Assembly: GCA_037379345.1 (NCBI GenBank)
Contig: CM074511.1
Span: 37,082,862 to 37,146,861 of the forward strand
DNA length: 64,000 bases
DNA from: Perna viridis
Taxonomy: Eukaryota
Direction: 5' to 3'
Each line of letters opens with the position of its first letter. Position 1 is the first letter of the stretch. A model generated the notes under the pieces. That model made no database searches, was not told the origin of the DNA, and saw nothing but the letters and a program-made list of their open reading frames with translations. The translations under genes were made by a program, and so were the position numbers. Positions 53,601 through 64,000 of this stretch are shown here, piece by piece.

Positions 53601-55526
53601 ATCTATAAGTAAAGCCTGCAAAGATATAACATGTATTTTTAAAAGATCGTCTGGTATCCATTTATGCAAATCTTTGGCTTACTGAAAAGAAATATCTGAA
53701 TTTAGAAAGGAAAAGAAATAAGAATGAACTTTATTCATGTCAGGAAGGAAGATCTAGGCACCATTTTTTTCAATCTTGTGAAACTACTTGATTATAACTC
53801 TAGAGTAATTAATGGGGAGGAAAGGAGTATGAAAGTTTAAGAACTTGTTTTTAACTTTTTTCATTATTATTATTATTGTTTTATTTGTTTTTGTCTTTCA
53901 TCTGTTGGCATGAACTGTTTAAAAATGACCATGGTATTTGTTTCTGTTATCTCCCTTGGCAAAAATTGGAAAAGAAAAAACAACTGCCCTGGACTGTGGC
54001 CAGCGGGTCAGTAGTTGGGTTTTGCCCTTACTTGTTTTTAAGACTACAAACTACTTCCTGAGATAATAGATGAAATCTTTTACAGGTGGGAAAAGAAGAT
54101 AAACATTGATAAAACTCATAAAAATCCTAATTCCTACTGGCTATAAATCAAAATACAATAATTTACTAACTAAGATGAAATTATACTGGTAGTTGCCAAA
54201 GCAATCTGATAATGGAGCATTTTTCCTACAACTTGGCAACTTGTTTTGAATTGATGATATCAATTTGTGTTGAAATTGCTACAAAGTTCCTTTATTTATT
54301 ACTTAAAGAACATGACCTATCGTAAAAATCACAGAATGTCATTATTTTTGTTAATAACATCAAAGTGAACACCTTGTTATCAAGTAACCACTCAACCTGG
54401 CAAAAGGTTTCTCAACATTTGTCAATTTTTCTGTTAGAAATATTGATGAGATAAAAATCAAGGCGGTTCCATTGGAGTTTTTCTTAGATAATCATGAATT
54501 ATCAATATATTTCAACACTATGAAATTTCACTCATTTAGCTGAAAAATTTGGTTTGGAATTCAAAACCCCTTTGAAACAGTTGTAATTCAATTTGATTTA
54601 AGGCTATAGTAAAAAGACAAGAAGTGCCAATGTCCTCTAGAATTTACAATTTAGGAAGTTGGGTCCAAGGATTTAGTGCAAATTATACCCAAAGAGCCAG
54701 AAATATTAATTGTTTCTTTCAAAATAAGGGAAAAGAACAATGGTTGCAGATTCTGATTTCATAATTGTAATCATTATTTCCTGAGAGTAAAATAATGCAA
54801 TCGTCAACATGGTGCCATTCTACTAATTTAGGACAGAAACAAATTGTGTTGGAAAAACCAGATGACGAAACTATATTCTGAATCCATTTTGGGAAAAACT
54901 CGTGAAAAATTCCTAGAGACTCTTATAGACTACCATTTTTAAAATGATTTGGTTAGAAATCAATCCTATGACCTCCCATGTGCAGGTCAGTTTCATTTAT
55001 CTGAGGGTTTAAACTTCAGATTGATTTTACATGGAAGTATGTTCTTTTTTGACACACCATTAGTACATTAACCATTTCGGCAAATTTAGAGCAAAAGTCC
55101 AAAAACTTTCATCCTGAACAAAACATCTTCTAAGCCTCTCTTAGTATTTTTCCCAGTCATTGTAGATTTTTCTCATCACAATACAAGACAATATGTTTTA
55201 ATTATCCCATCATCATTTTTTTGGGAATCTAATTTTTCATTTTATGACATCCCTTTTCCACCAAGTTCACTACAACAAAACAACTAAATATTCATATATT
55301 TTTGGTAGACTATGTATTTCTGACAAGAGTCTGCATTTTTGTCTGGTTAATGAGGTTTTTGGGTCAAAAAATTAAAACATGAAAGGATTCCCAGTCATGA
55401 ATTCATTTATCATGCAATTTATTCAAGCTTTTATGAATTGCTTATTGATATCATACAAACTCCTTTATTGTGGTCAGGTCATATTCATTGTATGTATATT
55501 TATGTTCTGTGCAAACAATCAGATTA

Positions 55527-55743
55527 CAGTGAAACCTGTCTAAACTGGACCCCTTTTTGGTTTCAAAATTGGTTCAATTTGACAAATGTTTGGTTTTTCA
55601 AGGTTCAAAAATATATTTAAACTGATATAAAGGAACTTTTTAAAAGTGGTAAAACTTTTTAAAATTTCTGCCGTAGACTGCCGTAGACTGCCGTAGACTG
55701 GTCTTCAAAGTTTGGTCTTCAAAGTTTGGTTTTGATTTCAGTG
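55527..55743. mobile_element. TA-flanked MITE, family copy 3, carrying internal micro-duplications
   Basis: ta|CAGTGAAACCTGTCTAAAC at the left end and a partly deleted right TIR ggttttgatttcagtg|ta. Internal similarity to 32687-32849. Contains (ctgccgtaga)x3 and (tggtcttcaaagtt)x2. Confidence 0.7.
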
Positions 55744-55828
55744 TATTTTTACTCTAAATAATGGTTTGTTGTTTTTTCTTAACTTATGAAATTATTATTT
55801 TTTGTTTTGTTTTTGTTTTTAAGAAATT

Positions 55829-56084
55829 GGGAATTTTGCATTGGAATATTTCATAATCTAAAAGACAGACGCCACTTGACATTTTTCATGGTCTAAGAGA
55901 GATAACTCTCATAAATTTCCTGTTATAAGATGCAAAAAACAATAACTGTCATTTGGGGGAATTTTGCATTGGAATATTTCATAATCTAAAAGACAGACGC
56001 CACTTGACATTTTTCATGGTCTAAGAGAGATAACTCTCATAAATTTCCTGTTATAAGATGCAAAAAACAATAACTGTCATTTGG
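55829..56084. repeat. Perfect 128-bp tandem duplication
   Basis: 55829-55956 and 55957-56084 are identical by eye (gggaattttgcattgg...aataactgtcatttgg). Confidence 0.95.
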
Positions 56085-59000
56085 CTTGATGACAAGGGCT
56101 TTCGAATTGTCTCTGTTCTTTTATGTTAAGTGTTTCTTCTAAGTTTATTGTGATCTTATAATTTGAGGTCACAATAAAAGCTCCATAAATTTATCCATTT
56201 ATGGCTGAAATTTCCTGCAGTATGTTCTAAGTACTTCATGAAATAAAGTGCAGTATCTCAACAATCTTATTGATGTTGATGCTATGGGCTGTAAAAATTA
56301 TAGAGGCAAGTTTCTGTTTTTATAGTATACCCAGTTTCTGTTCTTTTTCATTAAAAGCTTATCAAGAGTGCCAACTTCGCTATTTTCAATAATTATAGTA
56401 ACAGGCATCCAGCGTATCTAAATCAACTAAGAGGTTGATTCTAATGACTTCAGAATTTATAGCTCTTTCTCAACTCAAACATTGCAATTTGCAAATTTTT
56501 AATGATTATCATAATGCATTACCTTTACATTTAATTTGACAGAAATGATAATTCTAGGCTCTGATAACAAGGGTAGGAACATTTTCAGAAATGATTTGAT
56601 GTGACGGGGTGTTCTAGACCACAAAGATTGTTGATAACTTATTCCATGGGTGGCCATAGCTTAACAATTACTGACTCTTTGGTATGATGTAATTTTTCAT
56701 GATAAATATTATCTTTAAGCCTATTCTTATTATACCCTGTCATGCACCAAATTATGCAAGTTACTGTTTTTATGTCCGTTTGAAAATGTGCATCTGATGT
56801 GATGTTGAAAGGTCAACACTCCCCACTGTTTAAATGTTTATTTATGTTACCAGTAAAATGCAAATTAACTTGCTAAGTGGAATATTGTTATAAAATGTGA
56901 TGGGAGTATCAGTCATATGAAACAGTTGTGTTTTTTTATAAACTCCACCTTTTTTAATAAAATTTTAATTGAGTTTTGAGGTGAAAAAGTTAAACTCTTT
57001 TAATTACTTTAGAATGAAATGTTTGTAGTGTGGAGCTTGCACTGCACAAGTTAGCAAATTTAGATATTCTGAAAAGGGGACTTCTGACAGACCTTAGAGT
57101 GATTTCACTAGGTATTTCTAGTTTTTTTCTATTAAAATAAATCAAATTTTTAAATCATAAGGTTCTTAGAGTCTTAGGTTCTCTCCCCCTACTTAATTGG
57201 AGTGGCCTGTTTGCAGTAGTTTATAACTTCTATTTTGCTCTGCAAGACCGGTATGAACTTTAATGTTATATGATATTGAAACAAATCCTACTATAAAAAA
57301 AAATCAAAACATCTGTTCTGTGATTGCATACAGTTTTGAGTGTAAAAAAAAATCATATCTTTAGTAGAAAAATAATGTACTTAATATTTACTCAAGATGT
57401 TTATCTATGATAATTTACATAGACACACGCTCAATAATTTTACTTCGAGTCTTTTGTTCCGTTATGCTCTTACATCACTTTCAGCTTCTTAACTGTTAAT
57501 TAGATTTTAAACCATATAATTCTAGTACAAATGTTCAAGTGTCATAGAAAAAAAAGACAGAAAACCATTTCCTTATAATCAAGCGTCTCACAAATCGATA
57601 GACTGACTCACAGTGCTGTAATTTTATGACTCGAATACACCTCTAAATGGTTGAATAATGAAGCCATGTCTATAAAAAGGATCCGATTATTTTACATTTC
57701 TCATTAGATCTGGGCATGAAATTGTTAAAGCTTGCCAAATTCGGTTATCATTCAAGTGGGATAGTATTTCAGTCTATCCATCAATCTGTTTTGTTTTCTC
57801 TCTCAAAATCATAGGTTTTGCAGTGAAATGTGGAATGGTTAATTCCATGTTTATAAATCACGCAGCTTGCTGAAGAAAAGACATGAGATAATTATGTTTA
57901 ATTTCCTTCTGAGTTTTAAGATTTTTTTAACAAAAATATAAAGGATATTATCTTTCAAAGAAAATGCAAAGGATGCATGTATCATATTCATGATTTTCTG
58001 TATGCAGATTTCTTACAAAAAAATCAGTGCATTACTTTCCATATATGAAACTATAACTCCAACAATTATTGTATTGTTATTGGAAGTGGTGCTGACATTT
58101 CAGGTTGTAAAATTCACACTATTGACACATGTTTTTTTTTCAGAATTGTAAGCCACAATTTTTTTATTTGGTGAAACTAAGTATTTTTTGTTTTTGTTTT
58201 CAATCTTTCAGAAGTTATAATATTGTTCAAAATTAAAAGGTTTTGTCTAGTTTATCCTGATTATTAATGTGGTGGTATTTTTTTTTCTTCTTTTCTCCCA
58301 TTTTATTTTGCATATTGGTATAAGTACTTAAATTTAAAACACAAGTCAGGTTCACTCACTTTTCATACAAGAAGTCACTGTTTAAAGAAACAATTTTGGC
58401 CAATCTTCTGACACAAGTTAATTAAGCAATCAGTAGATAAACATTTTGATCTTGTATCAGAAAACATATCTAAATGCCTGTGCAATGAGGCTTCCCTAAT
58501 GATTCATTATTAAAGAAGACATATGAACTAGAAGAAATCCCTTCAGTTTGACATAGTTGTTTAGATTTATAACATTTTTAAGGGAGGATTAGTGAAAAAG
58601 ATAGTGTTGACAAAATCAGATGCATATAAACAGCTGTATTTGCAAGTTAATTTTGTTTCCAATAGTCTCAAAATGATGTATGTTTATGTAAGAGGAGTCC
58701 AGAAACTCCACAATTATTGAGCATTGATCATGTATAAGAAATAAGACGATGTTATGTAAGGGCATGCCAATCTCTAAGCAATAGATGCTCTGTAGCTACT
58801 GATTAACTGTGAATGAACTCAAGCAAGGAAGTTAGCTGTTAAAAAATGATAAAGTTGGAGCCTTCATTTATTAGAAAACTACTTTTTTATTAGATTTCTC
58901 TTTCTTTATTCTAAAAAGCTTGTTTTAACTGATTTTTTTTCCTTTTAAAAATTAGTTTTCTCAATGATTAAGATGTCAATCGTAGAAAAAAAACCATTTT

Positions 59001-59431
59001 AGTGTACATGTATAAAGATTATGGTCAAACTACTGTTGAATACAGATGCTGATCCAGGATTCTTAACATTATGAATGTGAAAATAGGTCATTAGGAATCA
59101 AAGGGGAGCTCCAAATTGAGTTTAACTTCTGAAAGGGCCCCATTTCATCCTTTAATTTGTCTGTTTTAAGTCAGAACCCTTGGTTTACATCAAGTGTAGA
59201 AAGAATGACAACAGATGCAGAAATTTATTTCTAAAAAGGAGGGGTTCCAATCCAGAAATTTATTTGGTGTCCAGGCTATCATTTGCCCATTTAGCACAAA
59301 ATTAACAATAATTTTCCAATATATGGAGCAGCTGGATTTGTCATGGGTTAACTCATCTTTGTTGAAATTTAATCATATAACATTTACATTTAGTATACTG
59401 TTGATTGTATAATAATTTTTTTTTATTACAG

Positions 59432-59498
59432 TCTATGGTCAGATGGACAAAGCAGCTGATCTCAGTGATGAATCTTACAGACAGACAGACAGTTCACA
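59432..59498 (+). CDS. 67-nt coding exon (phase 1/2) encoding (V)YGQMDKAADLSDESYRQTDSS: signal-peptidase site and mature N-terminus
   Basis: Acceptor ttttttttattacag| and donor CA|gtaagt. Joined to 29137 it gives V-Y-G|Q, which fits the -3/-1 cleavage rule, followed by a hydrophilic stretch. Confidence 0.7.
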
Positions 59499-60461
59499 GT
59501 AAGTTTTTCATTTATAAAATAATTGCTTTCTGATTAAAAAAAGTAACAATTCAAGACTTAGAAGCCATCATAAAGTAGGAATTGTAAGGAAGGTGAGGTT
59601 TCAAGGTTAAAGACAGAAATTTCCATGAAACAAACAATACTGAGTTTTTATTGCCAATTACAGGCCTGTCTATAATTCTTCTAAGTTTCTTCCTTTACTA
59701 TAGACACCCATTTATATTTTCTGTCTATATTGATAAATGGTCAGTCTTTGGACATTGGATGTTCCTCAGACATAAGACCAATTTAATTGACTCTGGATGT
59801 CACCTAAAATCCAATAAAGAAACCTTGGTAATTGATTTCAGAGGAAGTACAAACAGTATGTCGACTTGTCATCCAAAAGCACTGACATTTGGGAATGTTT
59901 ACTCATCTTTTTCTCATAAGGTTTACAAAAAAATGTTTCCAAAATGTCATGTTTTCAATTTGATTTGAATGTTGTAATTTTTATGGAATCCCCAGTGACC
60001 TGTAAGGGTCTGGTATAATAGTCATGTTTTCATTAAATCCCAAAATAGTATGAATTCAATTATTTGTTAGCTTCTTGATTGATTGACAGGATGAAATTGA
60101 ATATATAGAGTAAAAGAGAACATTTATATGCCTTGACAACAAGGCTTTGTCTATGCATCAGCTAAATATTTATTTTTGTTGATTTATTTCATGCTCAAAA
60201 TTCAATATAGAATATTTTTTTTTGTAATTTGTCATTAGTTAATGTGCAGATTGTCATGAAATTTGGTATAGATAGGTATACTAAGCTTTAATGATATAAA
60301 TTCAACATGCTGGGTCAATTTAGCACATGTATGGTTATGCTATATCTGTTAAACAAAACTAGCTATTTGATTCTAACCAAGTTAAAACTTTTTAGTACAA
60401 ACATTCTTTTAAATTTTTTGAATAATGTTCACTGACAATAACAACTGTCTTTTTTTATGAC

Positions 60462-60527
60462 TTGTCTTAGCTGGCCAAGGGTTATAGTCAGTCCCCCAAC
60501 ATGACCATAACCCTTGGCTAGCGACAA
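60462..60527. other. Isolated long hairpin (21-bp stem, 11-nt loop, 5-bp basal extension)
   Basis: gctggccaagggttatagtca (60470-60490) pairs with tgaccataacccttggctagc (60502-60522) with one G-U and one mismatch. ttgtc/gacaa closes the base. Confidence 0.85.
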
Positions 60528-62234
60528 TGGTAATAGATGCTAATGACTATGAAATTATTAGAGGTTTAATAACACCTTTCCATGGTGGAATCCAAACTAA
60601 TATACCAAAAGTGATTGTAGTGCAAACAATGACATCTGATGTAGAAATATTTAGTATTGATACTGAACCTGTAATAAACATAACATGAAATGTTGACATA
60701 AGAATCAAATTAGTTTTATACATTTATAGAGAATCCATTATAGAACAGATAGGTTGAGGATTAAACAGGCAATTATACAAAACCTAGCTTTAAAACATTG
60801 GTTCTATTTCTCTTATTTCACGTAATAGTTTGTTTTCCCAGTACTCTCTTATAGTTCAGATGTTTATCGCTTAGAAATGTTTGTTGACCATTGTTTTGAT
60901 GATTTCTTATATAGATAGGCTTTTATATTAGAAATAGAAATGATTAAAACTCATAAACATAAAGACTTTTAATTTTGTGGAATTAGGCAACATTCATGAT
61001 TCTAGAATTTACAAATCTCTAGAGAATGTTTAGAAAAATAGATCATTTATATAAGGAATGGTGTTAGGCAATAATCTTTCTAAATGTCATGCCAAACATC
61101 AGATATTATTTCATATGTCTGTCAATGTAACCTCTCTTTGGAATTCTGTTTAAAATATTCTATCAAGATGGAACTTTATTGAATAAGAACCCAATACAGA
61201 GCCTCTTGTCAGTAACTTTTGAGTATTAAATTTGAAATTGATGACATGACTTGTGATCTAAGCTATTATTTCATTAGACAGGTTTCTAGTTTGCTTAGGA
61301 TTTGGTTCGACAGTTTTTTTTTATCTGGACAGTAAACTGAGGCCAAATTGGTTGGTTCTAATAAGAGAAAAAAAATCATACAGGGGTTTGTAAATTGTCA
61401 TTTTATTTACTCTACAAGCAAGTACTGGGTGTTGATAAAAAAAATTACATTCTACATAAAAGTGCCAAAAAGGTCAAATCTTGTGATTGCATGTTCTACA
61501 AATATTAGCACTGTTACCAAAATGAATGTTGTTCGCTTAATACTGGCTGGTGTTAGTTTGAATACAGTAATTATTGCCCACCAGCTTATTGAGAGTGGCC
61601 TGTACTTAAATGCAATTGGTTTTAGCTAAGTAACGGAATGCAATTACCAAAGATTTCTGATGGATGCCTTCCATAGAGTTGACAAACATCTCCGTGGTTA
61701 TTCGATGACATTAACTGTATGGATTAATTGCCTTATATGTATAGCTGTTCTAGAATCAGCCTCATGGGAAAGCTTGTACAAAAATAGCGTTGACAAAAAT
61801 CTATCAAAGCGTATATACAATTATCTAGATCGGCAGTATTGTTATAAACATATCATAACAATTTAACCTTAGTTGAGCCAATTACTTTACTCCTGTTTAA
61901 TATCGGCAATCCTTTGGATTCATGTATGTACTATGTTGCATCATATACCACAAGAGGATGAAAGCTTATTATATATATTAAATCAAATGAAAATAATTGT
62001 CTGTGGCACAGTTCCAGTACAAAGGACCATTCATAACTGACTTGTTTTTAATGGAAGAATTAAGTTGCAGCATTAATATTCAACCAATAATATATAACTA
62101 TACATCAAACACTAGCTGTATGAAACCTAAAAATATTCTACTAAGTTTCACTTTAGTAAACTGAGGCAGCATTCAACATGAAAGAGTGTTTACATCATAA
62201 ATAGCTACTTCATGCTAGAGTTGTTCATTTTTTG

Positions 62235-62405
62235 GAAAGCAAAGCTTACCCTACCAGTGCACTGGGTCAATGCACCAAGGTTTTCTTGTGGAGTCTTAGT
62301 TGCTCATTTACTTTTGTTTTTATGTGTGTGTTATTTTAGTTACAACATATGATTTGTTATGTGGTCCAATTTCTTTGTCTTGTCGTCCTTTGATTTGATT
62401 AACAT
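62235..62405 (+). mobile_element. Diverged relic of the same retroelement 3' UTR, opposite orientation
   Basis: gcttaccctaccagtgcac...gtggagtcttagttgctcatttacttttgtt matches the reverse complement of about 8265-8340 (gcttaccctaccgatgcacc...gtggagtccgagttgctcatttacttttgtt). Confidence 0.8.
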
Positions 62406-64000
62406 TGTAACCATGTTTTCATTCATTTTCCTTTGCAAATATATTGACAATACTAGTGAATTGCTTTCAACCATTTGTTTACCACCTTATATATTGGTAT
62501 ACTATTGTTTTAATCTTAAAAAGTTTAATCTTCATTCTATCCCTTAGACTTGGAATAAAATCTGAAAAAAGCCCATCCAATCGGTTACCACCACTCATGC
62601 TTGTTGGAAGATGAAACAAAAACTCTGCTAAACCTGACAAAATAACCTGATCAGTTGTAGGAATATGGCTGTTGATAAAGAGATTAGAATACTTCCTGAT
62701 TTAGCAAATACCTTTACTTCTGGCAAATCAATTTTCAAAGGTTAATTATTTGCATGCAATTTGTTATCTCCACGAAGCATCCTCAAATTCCAATTATGGT
62801 ATTTTTTACCTGGAAAAATATAAATTACATTCATTTGACTTTATGTAAGTCAGTGGGTGTCCTTTATGCCACAGGTTGTTTTTTTATACTCAATTAATTC
62901 TAAAGTTAAAATTTAATGTTGCAAGAAATTTCAATGTTGTAGTTGTTGGCCTGAACAATCAGTTGAAGTAAATCACGAGCCCAATATGGTATATGTAGTT
63001 TTTCGAAGAGGATCATTTGCGACATCTAATTGCAATTTCCTGATTGCTGAAACAAAACTATGATAAGACATGCTCTGTGGGATATTGATCGGAATTGTAA
63101 TCAGGCAGGAGGAATTCCTTTAGATAATTATTGTTTAAGGTGTTGTATCCAAATCTTTTCCATTTTCATGTCCCAAACAAATCTATCTCGTATTAATGCT
63201 AAGTCTGGCATATACAACATTTAACTAGTTGCTTCATTGCATTGTGTAACATTTAAGAAGTAATTTGACTCTTGGTATAAATAAAGTGGTATCTATGGAA
63301 ACGATAAACATGGTATGAGGTTGTCAAGACATTGAAATCTTATTTTGAAATTGAATCAAGATTTTTTTTTAGCCTAGGATAAAATCAATGAAGTCAAACT
63401 GCATGTCATGGGATATTATGACAACAAAGAAAGACCTATCACAAGCCTTCGTTATTAACTTCTAGAAATATAATAGGTTTATCTGGTACCAAGAAGCAAA
63501 TCGTTGTTTTTCTTCTGATAAAATTTCTTGTTTATGACAGTAGTAATTACACTATCTAATGCCTTTTCATATTTTTTAACACCAGGAGCAGGTTTTATGA
63601 GTTTGTATCATGGTAGTTCAATGCTTACATTATTAGCTAGGATTGGGTCCGTTTGTTGGTGTCAACCTGTGGCATCTTCAAGCTAGATACGGCATGCTGA
63701 TTACACTGGAACTATTTGAAAATTAATGAAGAACTTTATTTATATGAAACTTTTTTTGATGGCATGGTTGATGCTTTTCTTAGAATGACAAATATTTTGT
63801 AAAAGCCGCAATTTAATTTTTCACAGTCTATTTCTATTTTAAACGAAAAGTTTATTCTTACTTTCATTGCTTCCAATACACTACAATTGTCAAGGAGATT
63901 TTTAATATACAGGTTTTGATGTTTTTTTTAATCCTATTAAAATTGAGTCTTTAGAATATCTCAGACTTAATTGGAAAGAATATTCCTTATCATATATGAG

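Noticed and set aside
310-62547. Remaining 60-127 aa ORFs in the track (e.g. 3274..3600, 33466..33816, 39398..39781, 50010..50339, 59651..59968)
   Set aside because: They have no recognisable domains and an F/I/L/K-rich composition typical of random AT-rich DNA. Many start at TTG/GTG, and several overlap TE relics.

Overview
This is AT-rich (about 30% GC by eye), strongly CpG-depleted, T-skewed eukaryotic DNA. Its repeat families resemble those of bivalve molluscs (inference). There are no prokaryotic genes, operons, CRISPR arrays or RNA genes, and almost all ORFs in the supplied track look spurious. The window is best explained as mostly intron of one large + strand gene. Three tiny coding exons (ATG-G at 12476-12479, 60 nt at 29078-29137, 67 nt at 59432-59498) splice in phase across 16.6-kb and 30.3-kb introns. 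They give MELKLKSQCLLLSVYSILLLQVYG|QMDKAADLSDESYRQTDSS..., a clean 24-aa signal peptide plus mature N-terminus that the ORF track cannot see. The introns hold a 5'-truncated Penelope-like retroelement (RT C-terminus plus structured 3' UTR, with two further 3' UTR relics), several Helentron/HINE-like relics, three TA-flanked MITEs, a 29-bp hairpin minisatellite with an A/B dimer tendency and a perfect 128-bp tandem duplication. Several sense-strand polyY-YAG|GTRAG motifs are candidate recursive splice sites, and there is one pre-miRNA-sized hairpin.
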